Below, in pieces: positions 18,216 through 27,724 of a stretch of DNA of 64,000 nucleotides. The DNA comes from Planctomycetota bacterium. GTDB lineage: Bacteria > Planctomycetota > Phycisphaerae > UBA1845. The DNA is taken from contig JAJRWX010000023.1 in NCBI GenBank assembly GCA_024276605.1, forward strand, positions 81,538 to 145,537, given 5' to 3'. How positions within the stretch are numbered: position 1 is the first letter of the stretch; the number at the start of each line of letters is the position of its first letter. Made by a program: the position numbers and the translations under genes. The notes under the pieces are model-generated. The model worked only from the letters and a program-made list of their open reading frames with translations. It was not told the origin of the DNA and ran no database searches.

Positions 18216-19226
18216 GTGCGACGAAACATGCGTGTGGATTGGGCTAGCTTGAGGGGCGAGGTTGAGGACGCGTTCCAACGATACGGCGTCTTTCCTTTCC
18301 CTGTACACATTGACGGTAGGCTCAACACATTGGGAGAAGGGCTAAACCACAAGAACTTTGTGTTTCGTCTCGAAACCGATAGGCGATGGCCTCTGTTAAA
18401 CGAGACCGTTTATGTGCTGCGCACACTCGGACGTGATTATGAAGACGCGTCGCAGGACAAACCCTTCGAGCGATTGCAGTTCGAAGCCCGTACGCTACAG
18501 GCACTTGCATCGCTACAGCTTGACTTCGCAACGCCCCAATTCGTCTGTTACGTAGGCAATTCCTCGGATAGCCCAAGCGGTCTCATCGAAACGGCTTTGC
18601 CGGGACTCCCTTGCGAATACATGATACGTGACAAGGGCGACTTTATTATCGATCTGATTGCGCAAGCCGCCGCAGCCATTCATCGTATACCGGTAGATGA
18701 TTTCTGTTTTCTCACGCGTCACACAGACAATCGCGCGCATATCTTGACCGAACTCGATATGGTATCTGCCGCATTCACCACAGCGGATGCGGATGCCACA
18801 GCAGGCATCGAATGGATACAAGATCACCTGCCAAATCGTAAGCCATCTGTGTTGCTGCACGGTGATTTGCTTCCGCAGAATCTTCTTTGGGATTATGAGG
18901 CGGATCGCATAAGCGTCGTCGATTGGGAATTCGCGCAGATCGGCGATCCGGCATACGATCTGGCTATAGTTACCCGGGGGAACCGCAAGCTGTGCGGATG
19001 CGGCAACGGGCTTAATCGACTCGTGGATGCGTATGGCCTAGCCGGCGGCGCAAATATCACAACGATCGATGTGGTAATTCATGAACTTCTAATGGTGTTA
19101 CTCTGGCTAGGTGAAGCGATTCAAAGTGAACGGAAGGGAAGGTGCCAGGGGCATCCGCCGGCGTTTTACCGGGACAAGCTCCAGACGATCCTGCGCCGGA
19201 CTAAAGGACGAACCCGAAAAGCATGA
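18216..19226 (+). CDS. aminoglycoside/choline-kinase-like phosphotransferase (APH family)
   Basis: The Brenner/APH catalytic motif VLLHGDLLPQNLLW is followed by VVDWEFAQIGDPAYDLA. The start is taken at GTG 18216 (AGGAG 7 nt upstream); ATG 18228 is an alternative. The track TTG at 18153 lies inside the repeat element. Confidence 0.7.
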   Translation: MRRNMRVDWASLRGEVEDAFQRYGVFPFPVHIDGRLNTLGEGLNHKNFVFRLETDRRWPLLNETVYVLRTLGRDYEDASQDKPFERLQFEARTLQALASLQLDFATPQFVCYVGNSSDSPSGLIETALPGLPCEYMIRDKGDFIIDLIAQAAAAIHRIPVDDFCFLTRHTDNRAHILTELDMVSAAFTTADADATAGIEWIQDHLPNRKPSVLLHGDLLPQNLLWDYEADRISVVDWEFAQIGDPAYDLAIVTRGNRKLCGCGNGLNRLVDAYGLAGGANITTIDVVIHELLMVLLWLGEAIQSERKGRCQGHPPAFYRDKLQTILRRTKGRTRKA

Positions 19227-19292
19227 TTGCACCGATAAGCAAGCTCCGTGTATGATCTCACCATTAGGAGACGGATCATCGCAGGAGGCACA

Positions 19293-20036
19293 ATGAAAAC
19301 AAAAACAAATAAAAACAGACGACCCACAAAAGGGACTAAAACTACGCATGGGACCAGTCGACGCGAACTTACGCTCAAGGATCGTCTTTCACGTTTGACC
19401 TATTTGCAAGCATGTAAGCTCCTCGGCACTGAAGGTGTGCAACTCATTCGCGAAGGCGGTGGATACGAAATCGACATTGACGGGGATGTCTATTTCCGCG
19501 GCGATTTATTTCGACTACGACTCAACAAAACAGTGGTCACTATCACCCTGATGGCCGAAGCAAAGCAGCGTTTGCATTGGAACTGCACCACGTGCAACAG
19601 TGCCTGCGCACACGTCGGCGCGGCCTTATCTTTGATTCTCGAAGAGAAGATGGCACTGGGCCTGGCCGCCCCGCCACCCGAACGAATACCAGTGGAAAGC
19701 TTGAGCGAGCAGGAGCTTGTTGAGCTAGCAATCGCACAACGGCAAGAACGATCACGCAAAGAACGCATGACCGTCCGCCCCGTAGAACCGAAAAAGCTCT
19801 GGTCGGACTATATGGTGACCAGTGGTGAATCGGGAAAGACCTATCGCGTGGCCCTGCGTGGTTGGCAACCGGGGGAATCCTACTGTTCGTGCCCGGATTT
19901 TCGCAAGAACACACTCGGCGTTTGCAAGCATATCCTGAATGTACAGCGAAAAACCAAACGCCGCTTCACCAGTAAGGAATGCAAACGCCGTTACTGTCGC
20001 TCCCGCGTCACCGTCCACCTGTGCTATGCCAAATAA
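19293..20036 (+). CDS. SWIM zinc-finger protein; probably the N-terminal part of the downstream SNF2 ATPase
   Basis: AGGAGG lies 5 nt upstream of ATG 19293. SWIM signature YCSCPDFRKNTLGVCKHILNV (CxCx..CxH). It ends at TAA 20034-20036 in the same frame as ORF 20043-22151. Confidence 0.7.
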   Translation: MKTKTNKNRRPTKGTKTTHGTSRRELTLKDRLSRLTYLQACKLLGTEGVQLIREGGGYEIDIDGDVYFRGDLFRLRLNKTVVTITLMAEAKQRLHWNCTTCNSACAHVGAALSLILEEKMALGLAAPPPERIPVESLSEQELVELAIAQRQERSRKERMTVRPVEPKKLWSDYMVTSGESGKTYRVALRGWQPGESYCSCPDFRKNTLGVCKHILNVQRKTKRRFTSKECKRRYCRSRVTVHLCYAK

Positions 20037-20042
20037 TTAGAG

Positions 20043-22151
20043 TTGAGATTGCTTCTGCCGGACAAACTCGACGATGGGATTGAGCGAATCGTTAGTCCGA
20101 TCAAAGATAGTGCGATTCAAGATGTCCACGATCTTCTCAAGCGTATCAGCCAACTTGAAGCGCTTGGCCAAGACGTGATGATCTATCCGGATGCCGAAGA
20201 GTACATCAACCAACGACTGTTTCAGGATCGCATCGCATCCGTGGTAACGGAAATCCGCAACAACCCGAAACAACACCCACTACGGACGGACCTGCTCAAA
20301 ACCGAACTCCTTCCTTACCAGATAGATGGTATTGCGTTTGTAGTCGGTGCCGGGCGGGCCATTCTGGCCGACGATATGGGCCTGGGTAAGACCATTCAGG
20401 GCATTGGTGTAGCCGAACTGCTGGCCCGCGAAGCCAACATCAAAAGGGTTCTAATTGTATGTCCGGCTTCGGTGAAATCGCAATGGCGTAGCGAGATGCA
20501 GCGGTTTTCCCAGCGTGATTACCAGCTTGTACTCGGTAAAGCATCCGAGCGCGCCGAACAATACAACAACGAATGTTTCTTTACGATCTGTAATTACGAA
20601 CAGGTTCTTCGCGATATCATGTCGATCGAGCAAGTAAAGTGGGATCTGATCATCCTGGACGAGGGCCAACGCATTAAAAACTGGGAAGCGAAAACCACCC
20701 GCGTGATTAAGGGGTTACGATCCCCCTACGCACTCGTCCTTTCTGGAACACCGCTGGAGAACCGCCTTGACGATCTTTTCTCAGTAGCAGAGTTCATCGA
20801 TGATCAGCGATTAGGACCGGCGTTTCGCTTTTTCAATCGGCACCGTGTTGTCGACGAAAATGGTAAGGTGCTAGGCTACAAAAATCTTACGGAGTTGCGT
20901 GAGCGATTACAACCGATCCTGCTGCGCCGCACACGAGCCGCAGTTATGCAAGATTTACCGCCGCGAACGACGGAAATCATGCGCATTGCACCCACAGAGG
21001 AACAAGTCGACCTGCACAAAGCGAATCTACGCATTGTAAGTTCTATCGTTAGAAAACCTTATATCAACGAAATGGACCTACTCCGTTTACGGAAAGCGTT
21101 GCTCATGTGCCGCATGTCAGCCGATAGCACATTTCTCGTGGACAAGCAGACGCCGGGGTACTCCAGCAAGTTGGCAGCGCTCGACGATTTGCTCGGCTCG
21201 CTTCTCGCCGAAGAAGACCGCAAGATCATCCTCTTCTCAGAATGGACAACGATGCTGGGTCTAATCGAACCATTGATCGAGAAGCGCGGCGCGGATTACG
21301 TGCGACTGGATGGCTCAGTTCCTCAGAAGCAGCGACTGCAGCTTGTCCAAACATTCCAGAAAAACCCGGATTGCCGGCTATTCATCGCCACGAACGCCGG
21401 CGCAACGGGTCTAAACCTACAAGCAGCTAACACGGTGATTAACGTCGATCTTCCGTGGAACCCAGCTGTGCTCGAACAACGCGTCGCTCGTGCGCATCGT
21501 ATGGGGCAAAAGCGCTCGGTCCAGGTGTTTGTCCTCGTCACAGAGAACACCATTGAGGAAAACCTCTTAGCGACACTGTCAGCGAAGCACGAATTAGCCC
21601 TGGCCACGCTCGATGCCAAATCCGAGATAGACACCGTCGATCTCGCCAGCGGCATGGAGGAACTCAAGGCCCGGCTTGAAGTTCTCCTCGGTGCAAAACC
21701 CGACGCCCCGATCGACGAAAGCGAAAAAACAAGGCAAGTTGATGAGGCCCAACGTCTAGTACATCGTGAAAAGGTTGCCCTCGCCGGCGGTCAACTGGTC
21801 ACAGCTGCATTCGCTATGTTGAACGAACTTGTTCCATCGCGCCAACCAACCGAGGTATCCCACAGATTCGCCGACAACATCAAAGAACGTCTTTCCGATT
21901 GCTTCTCAAAGGATGAACAGGGCCGACCACAGTTGACGGTCACACTGCCCGACAGTGCAGCGCTCGACAACTTAGTCGGCGCACTCTCCCGCTTGATGGA
22001 CCTGCCGAGTGAACCCACAAATAGAACTGACTCCACCAAACAACCGACAGTCGTTTCAAAGAGCATACTGGCGTCGGCGATTCCGCTAAGCAACGTACCT
22101 TCCCAACCAAACAGTATCGCTTGCGACACACACGACGTGCAATGGCAGTAA
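20043..22151 (+). CDS. SNF2-family DNA-dependent ATPase/helicase (SNF2_N + Helicase_C)
   Basis: LLPYQIDGIAFVV...ILADDMGLGKTIQ (motif I), LILDEGQRIKN (DExx), LVLSGTPLENRLDDLF, and helicase C (ATNAGATGLNLQAANTVINVDLPWNPAVLEQRVARAHRMGQ). There is only a TTG start at 20043; the first ATG is codon 46. Confidence 0.85.
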   Translation: MRLLLPDKLDDGIERIVSPIKDSAIQDVHDLLKRISQLEALGQDVMIYPDAEEYINQRLFQDRIASVVTEIRNNPKQHPLRTDLLKTELLPYQIDGIAFVVGAGRAILADDMGLGKTIQGIGVAELLAREANIKRVLIVCPASVKSQWRSEMQRFSQRDYQLVLGKASERAEQYNNECFFTICNYEQVLRDIMSIEQVKWDLIILDEGQRIKNWEAKTTRVIKGLRSPYALVLSGTPLENRLDDLFSVAEFIDDQRLGPAFRFFNRHRVVDENGKVLGYKNLTELRERLQPILLRRTRAAVMQDLPPRTTEIMRIAPTEEQVDLHKANLRIVSSIVRKPYINEMDLLRLRKALLMCRMSADSTFLVDKQTPGYSSKLAALDDLLGSLLAEEDRKIILFSEWTTMLGLIEPLIEKRGADYVRLDGSVPQKQRLQLVQTFQKNPDCRLFIATNAGATGLNLQAANTVINVDLPWNPAVLEQRVARAHRMGQKRSVQVFVLVTENTIEENLLATLSAKHELALATLDAKSEIDTVDLASGMEELKARLEVLLGAKPDAPIDESEKTRQVDEAQRLVHREKVALAGGQLVTAAFAMLNELVPSRQPTEVSHRFADNIKERLSDCFSKDEQGRPQLTVTLPDSAALDNLVGALSRLMDLPSEPTNRTDSTKQPTVVSKSILASAIPLSNVPSQPNSIACDTHDVQWQ

Positions 22152-23017
22152 CTAACATCTCGGCAGGAAATGTGGATCATGAGGTCGAACCCGTGTGATC
22201 ATTTGATCCGAGCCGCAAGCATCATCGCCCGGCATCTTTGAAAAGGGTAGGAAAGACCGGTAAACCCGGATTCCCCTCCCTCCCCATGCTGTTGACTTAA
22301 GCGGGCACTATTTTGGTGGTTGGTCTTGGCGAAAAATTCGGCGTGAGTTGGTCGCTGTTTTGATTGCATCGCAAGGCGAAAAACGCTATATTTCATGCAT
22401 GAAACGTGCTACGACACTTGCTGTATGCGGGCAAAATAATGTGCAAAAACTTTCACAAAAGGAGATAGCTATGGCACAGAACGTGTGTGAATTTTTCGAG
22501 CCAAACCGACGGATTTCTTGAAAGTCTTCTCACTTTCTTTTCCAGCGGTAGTGGCGGTTTGATTCGCCGGAACCTAGACAGTCACGCTTAGATGATAAGC
22601 CGCATTCTTTTGATAACCTTAAGCGTGAAAGCCAGGTTGGCGCTATAGCGTCAAAAATTGACGACCCTGTCATGCGACCGGCGTCCATAGCTGATTCGGT
22701 TGGCATGAGCCACGGTTTGTTTTCGGCGCACTAAGAAAATCGGGCTGCAGAATTCGAGAATAGTGACCAACAACCTCCCCTATTGAATACCGATTAAAGC
22801 GATTCCATGCCGGCGTCCGAGAACCGCGCCAACTACGCTGGAAAGTTTACGGAGTATCCAATCGAGTATGCCGAAAGGCTGGCCCACGTTACATGATTGC
22901 CGAGTATATGGCATTTTGAAGACACGGGTCGCTTGCGCTCGCCGTTCGGATTGGTCAACCTTGTCCAATACGGCAGACAATAGCATGCCCTACCCGGCTA
23001 CGATATAATAAGAGACT

Positions 23018-24523
23018 GTGGCTACGAATCATCATATTGACCAGCGGGCAGGGCAGCACTTTGCTCGATCACAACTGGGACTCGTGGAATGGGTGGCGAT
23101 TGGTGTACCCGTTCTCATCTTGCTATGGTTAGCTGTTCCGCGCCTGCCGCAGGGTGCTTGCTTTGGCGATTCGGGCGGTCTTCAGCTTGCGGCAGCTACG
23201 TGGGGCATCACACACCCGCCCGGATACGTTGTCTACGCATCCATCTTGCACATGCTTACATGGATACTCCCATTCGATCCGGCGTATGACGTTTCGCTAT
23301 CGTGTCTGGCTAGCGGGCTGGGGGTCGTGGCTATGTGCACGCTTTTACAAATACGCCTGGGGGTCAACGCATGGTTAGCCTCGGGTGTTTCACTGTTGTT
23401 TACCGCTCATCCTCGCGTGTGGTCGAATTTTCTCGCACCTGAAGTGTACATGCTAACGCTGCTGTTTGAGGTTACGGCCATCTATTGGCTCGTTCGTTTC
23501 ACCATGACAAGGCAACGAGGGTTTCTTTATGCGGCAGGATTGTGCCTCGGCATGGCCCTGGCTAGTCGACCGCCGGTCCTATTGCTGCTTCCTTTTGTGG
23601 CCGTAGCGATCGCCCTATATTTTCGGCGTCATCGTTCGAGCGCTGAATGGTCTCGACGTACGGTAGTAGCTGCCTTGGGTATGATGATTGCCCCGATTCT
23701 ATACGCCGGGCTGTATATTGTAGTGCGTGATAGACCGGATACGCCGTTTAATTATATCGAGCAGTACAATGCTGAGATGCACGTCATCCCGTCGAGCGAT
23801 GGTGGTTTTCAAGCAAGAAGCGAACGTATGTTTTGGTTAATCAGTGCGGCGCAATTTCGTGGACAGATGGGCAATACCTGGTCTGGTCTGGTAAGGAAAG
23901 TACGATGGTTAGGTGATGAATTGTGGCGCTGGCTGGGGTCTTTCCGACCGGGTCATGGTGGCGTACTGTTGACGGTTTGGGTGCTCATCATGTTGTCCGG
24001 TATTCGATGGGTATGGTCGCAAAACAGATTGGCTATGATTCTGCTGGCGGGATTAGCCTGTCAGAGTATCGTCTTCGTTTGTTTGTATCGCATTTATGGG
24101 GACGCGGCTGACACGCTGCCATTGCTGTTTTCATGTACAGTGTTCGGTGGCGCATGCTTATCGACGATGCTGCGGTTATTCACGAAAAGAACTCGCCGCA
24201 TAACTTCCGTAATTGCGTTAGTAATGGCTGTGGTTTTCACGCTATGGCATGTCCCGACACGATCAGAAACCGGGCGGGCAGCCGATGCCACTACTTTTCT
24301 ACGTAAGTTTGATATGCCAACACTGGCCCCTGATACAGTGATTTGCTCGACTTGGGGCACGTCCACACCACTCTGGTACGCCAAACACCTCCTAAACAAA
24401 AGACAGGATATTACCATCATCAATGCATCGCCCACAGCTTGGGTACAGATGACGAAGACCCTGCGTCATAGACCCATAGTTGTCGTGGAGAGTACGGGCG
24501 TTTGGCATGACGCAAATTGGTAA
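23018..24523 (+). CDS. DUF2723-type polytopic membrane protein (GT-C-like, putative protein O-mannosyltransferase family)
   Basis: 501 aa with more than 10 TM segments. N-terminal motif GDSGGLQLAAATWGITHPPGYVVY matches my recollection of the DUF2723 signature (GDSGE...HPPGYP). GTG start. Confidence 0.6.
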   Translation: MATNHHIDQRAGQHFARSQLGLVEWVAIGVPVLILLWLAVPRLPQGACFGDSGGLQLAAATWGITHPPGYVVYASILHMLTWILPFDPAYDVSLSCLASGLGVVAMCTLLQIRLGVNAWLASGVSLLFTAHPRVWSNFLAPEVYMLTLLFEVTAIYWLVRFTMTRQRGFLYAAGLCLGMALASRPPVLLLLPFVAVAIALYFRRHRSSAEWSRRTVVAALGMMIAPILYAGLYIVVRDRPDTPFNYIEQYNAEMHVIPSSDGGFQARSERMFWLISAAQFRGQMGNTWSGLVRKVRWLGDELWRWLGSFRPGHGGVLLTVWVLIMLSGIRWVWSQNRLAMILLAGLACQSIVFVCLYRIYGDAADTLPLLFSCTVFGGACLSTMLRLFTKRTRRITSVIALVMAVVFTLWHVPTRSETGRAADATTFLRKFDMPTLAPDTVICSTWGTSTPLWYAKHLLNKRQDITIINASPTAWVQMTKTLRHRPIVVVESTGVWHDANW

Positions 24524-24571
24524 ATCATCGCGGGTTAGAACTTGCAGTGCTCACATTAATTGAAACGGTGC

Positions 24572-25588
24572 TTAAGAAAAGGTGTTAAGATGTTCAATGG
24601 CTTTGGGAATCACCACTTCGATAGCGTCGATGATGTTGCTGTCGAGTATGGCACCAGCGGCCTGTGTGTGTCCGCCACCCTTGAATTGGGCCGCTAATTC
24701 TGAAATAGTCACATGCCCGGAGCTTCGGAAATTGATGCGTGTTTTCCCCCGTCGCCCTTCCGTAAAAAGCATAGCTAATTCCACCCCGTCCAACGATCGA
24801 GGTACGTTAATCTGGTCGTCAATATCCGCCGCCGTGCATCCGGCGTTTGTTATGTCATCGTAACCGGCATAACTATATGCCAAACGACCGTCGGCTAATA
24901 CTTTGGTGTTGTCGTAGATGACGCGTAGTAAGTCAAACTCGCTCTGGGTTTGACTCCGACTGAGTCGCTCACCGATTTGACCAACATCAGCGCCAAGTTC
25001 AACAACATCCGCAGTCGCACGCAGCGCTGAGGCAGACGTCGTCGATAACGAATAGCCAATGGTATCGGTTTGAATACCGGAATAGATCAACGACGCACAC
25101 GCGGCATTGATCGATCGATCAGCGGCACGCAAAAGATAGTACACCAATTCACACGTACTGCTTGCGCCGCCCACTACCCAATTGATATCGCCGAATTGCG
25201 TACTGGTAGCATGGTGATCGATATTGACTATTTTGCGATCGGCTGACCAATCCATATCTTTAAGATTCGGCCCAACGTTGCAGCGCGGTTTCTTAGCTGT
25301 GTCGATGACGACAAAACCGTCTGCTTGGGCAAAGTCTTCGATGGATGCCACGGGCACATCCGCGAGGTCTACAAGAAATTGAAGCCGCTGCGAAATAGAC
25401 CCTTCAGGGATGGATACCTTGGTTTGACGCTGTTCATCTTGCCAGGCGATAGCCATCGATATCATCGACCCCAATGCGTCGGCGTCGGGTACGACATGCG
25501 AAATCATGATAGGTCGACGCATGGCCGTGATGGCTTGGATTACCTCGGCAGGCACATCCTGGATGGTAACATTAGGTGCGTTATTCAA
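24572..25588 (-). CDS. nrnA: DHH/DHHA1 phosphoesterase (NrnA-type oligoribonuclease / pAp phosphatase)
   Basis: 338 aa. ISHVVPDADALGS (motifs I-II), NIDHHATS (DHH), DHHA1 GGGHTQAAGA. Confidence 0.8.
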   Translation of the reverse strand: MNNAPNVTIQDVPAEVIQAITAMRRPIMISHVVPDADALGSMISMAIAWQDEQRQTKVSIPEGSISQRLQFLVDLADVPVASIEDFAQADGFVVIDTAKKPRCNVGPNLKDMDWSADRKIVNIDHHATSTQFGDINWVVGGASSTCELVYYLLRAADRSINAACASLIYSGIQTDTIGYSLSTTSASALRATADVVELGADVGQIGERLSRSQTQSEFDLLRVIYDNTKVLADGRLAYSYAGYDDITNAGCTAADIDDQINVPRSLDGVELAMLFTEGRRGKTRINFRSSGHVTISELAAQFKGGGHTQAAGAILDSNIIDAIEVVIPKAIEHLNTFS

Positions 25589-25644
25589 CAGTTCGTTCCC
25601 TATTATTTTGGAGCGAAGTCACGTATTGTACCGAGAGCCGCAGG

Positions 25645-25671
25645 CAAAATTCAATCCCGACGAGTCGGGAT
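25645..25671 (-). terminator. possible intrinsic terminator downstream of sat
   Basis: On the minus strand, the stem GATCCCGAC / GTCGGGAT (complement of 25654-25671) is followed by TGAATTTTG. The stem is short and the U-tract imperfect. Confidence 0.3.
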
Positions 25672-25736
25672 CCAAATTCGCCCTCGGCTCGGAAAAGAAA
25701 AAAGAATCGCAATTCAGTCCTTAGACAAAAACAAAA

Positions 25737-26882
25737 CTAGGCGTTTTTCATTGAATCAATGAGAATATCCGCCACTTCCGGTCTGGTGAATTCGATCGGT
25801 GGTCGTTCGCCTTTGACCAACATTTCTCGAACCTTGGTACCCGAAAGGAAAATCTGATCGCCTTCAATCTTGGGGAAGGTCTTGCCGCTGACCATTCCAC
25901 CGGCTGTTTTCGACCACGCGGCGTGCTCAAATTTCAGCGGTACGATTTTAAGTGATCCTTCCGGAATGTCATCGAAAATACGCTGGGCATCGAAGGTGCC
26001 GTAGTATTGGCCAACACCTGCATGATCGCGCCCGATGATAATGTGCGAGCAACCGTAGTTCTGTCGTAGAATCGCATGCAATATCGCTTCACGGGGGCCG
26101 GCGTAACGCATGGCCGCCGGCATGACGGCCAGCATGGTATGGTCCGGGTGATAATATTTCTCGATAATCACCTCGTAACATTTCATACGGACTTCCGCTG
26201 GAATGTCACCGTCTTTGGTCGCGCCCATCAGTGGATGGATCAACAGACCATCGGTCATTTCTTGCGCACACTTGGTCAGGTATTCATGGGCACGGTGGAT
26301 GGGATTGCGTGTCTGAAAAGCGGAAACCGTGTGCCAACCTTTCTTGGTAAACGTCTCACGCATTTGCTTTGGTGATAGGCGATGAGCGGAGAACATAGGA
26401 TCATGACGAGTGGTGACGACCTCGATCTTACCAGCCAGGCATGTGTCGCCTTCTTCCATAAGAACTTGGACGCCGGGATGCGCGGCGTCATCCGTTCCGA
26501 ACGCATGAACCGCCTGCATTTTTTTGTCTTGTGTGAATTTTTCAGACACGTTGAGGTAGCCTAGCAAGCGGTTTTTGTCGTCGTTGAGCGATACTTTATC
26601 GCCGACCGAGACCTTGTCCGCGGTGGCTTGGTCTACCGCGCAAGTGATGGGGATGGGCCAAAGCACGCCGTTGGTCAAGGCCATTTTCTCGCACACACTG
26701 TTACAATCCGCTTCGCCCATAAATCCATCCAGCGGACTCATGGCCCCGATGGCGATCATCTCCAAATCACACTGTTGGCGAGGTGTCAACGTAATAGCTA
26801 CGGCGGGTGCGGTGGACATCTCGGTTGCGCCACAACAATCCACCAATTTTCCCCCATGCGGCTGAATCAAGTCGGTACTCAC
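25737..26882 (-). CDS. sat: sulfate adenylyltransferase (ATP sulfurylase)
   Basis: 381 aa. QTRNPIHRAHEYL and IIGRDHAGVG signatures. N-terminal PUA-like domain MSTDLIQPHGGKLV. GTG start with GAGAGGA upstream. Confidence 0.9.
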   Translation of the reverse strand: MSTDLIQPHGGKLVDCCGATEMSTAPAVAITLTPRQQCDLEMIAIGAMSPLDGFMGEADCNSVCEKMALTNGVLWPIPITCAVDQATADKVSVGDKVSLNDDKNRLLGYLNVSEKFTQDKKMQAVHAFGTDDAAHPGVQVLMEEGDTCLAGKIEVVTTRHDPMFSAHRLSPKQMRETFTKKGWHTVSAFQTRNPIHRAHEYLTKCAQEMTDGLLIHPLMGATKDGDIPAEVRMKCYEVIIEKYYHPDHTMLAVMPAAMRYAGPREAILHAILRQNYGCSHIIIGRDHAGVGQYYGTFDAQRIFDDIPEGSLKIVPLKFEHAAWSKTAGGMVSGKTFPKIEGDQIFLSGTKVREMLVKGERPPIEFTRPEVADILIDSMKNA

Positions 26883-27099
26883 GTCATTAGTCCTCTCTGT
26901 TAAGTCGTCAAATCTGAATCGGTTAATCTTCCCCCGTCTGCCAGACGCCTGTCAGAACACACTAGATTAGGGTTTATACATAGAAGTGGCAAGGGCACAA
27001 TAGTATCGTGGACCATTAACAGGTCTATCGCCCAGTGAATCACCAATGGGGCTGTTTGCGGTGGTTGAATGACCAATTCGGCAGCCGGAGCCACTCGCG

Positions 27100-27669
27100 C
27101 TACTTCTTCACTTTTTTGACCGGTGACACGAGTACGGTCATGCGGCGCCCTTCCATGGAAGCTGGTCTTTCGATTTTCACCGTATCCCCGAGGTCTTCGA
27201 GAATGTCCTTGAAAATGGCAAAAGCAAAATCTCTGTTGAACCGTTCCCGCCCTCGAAAGAGCATGGTGAACTGCAACTTGTGTCCTTGCTCCAAGAACTT
27301 CTTAGCCCGCGCGATTTTAATCCCCAGGTCGTGCGGATCCGTCTTGGGTCTTAAGCGAATTTCCTTCAGCGTGACGGTGTGCGACCCGTGCGCAGCTTTG
27401 GTGCGTTTTTTTCGCTCGTATAGTTGTTTGCCATAGTTAACGATGCGACATACCGGAGGTGTTTCGGTGGGTGATACCTCGACCAAGTCCAATCCGGCTT
27501 CCCGCGCGAGTGCCAAAGCCTCAGCCGTGGGAATCACGCCAAGCTGTATGTCGTTTTGATAGATCACACGTATCGGTGAAATCCGGATACGTTCATTCCT
27601 GCGAACTTCCTTAGCGATGATAAAAACCTTTCCATAAAGCGTTGCGATTGTTGGCTGATAACTTATCAA
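27100..27669 (-). CDS. infC: translation initiation factor IF-3
   Basis: RNERIRISPIRVI...LGVIPTAEALALAREAGLDLVEVSP...PPVCRIVNYGK...LKEIRLRPKTDPHDL...MLFRGRE. The true start is unclear. The longest ORF starts at TTG 27669; IF-3 genes classically use non-AUG starts, and an ATC-ATC pair sits at the homologous position. Confidence 0.85.
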   Translation of the reverse strand: MISYQPTIATLYGKVFIIAKEVRRNERIRISPIRVIYQNDIQLGVIPTAEALALAREAGLDLVEVSPTETPPVCRIVNYGKQLYERKKRTKAAHGSHTVTLKEIRLRPKTDPHDLGIKIARAKKFLEQGHKLQFTMLFRGRERFNRDFAFAIFKDILEDLGDTVKIERPASMEGRRMTVLVSPVKKVKK

Positions 27670-27724
27670 CCATTCGTCAACATCAACCGCAATCGTAATT
27701 ACATCTTCATTTCAGCAAAACTCA

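Noticed and set aside
7098-20036. Alternative genetic code or pyrrolysine/suppression as the explanation for the in-frame TAG and TAA.
   Set aside because: TAG, TAA and TGA all terminate well-supported genes in this window at positions consistent with homologues. No pyl genes or suppressor tRNA are present here. A global recoding is therefore unsupported.
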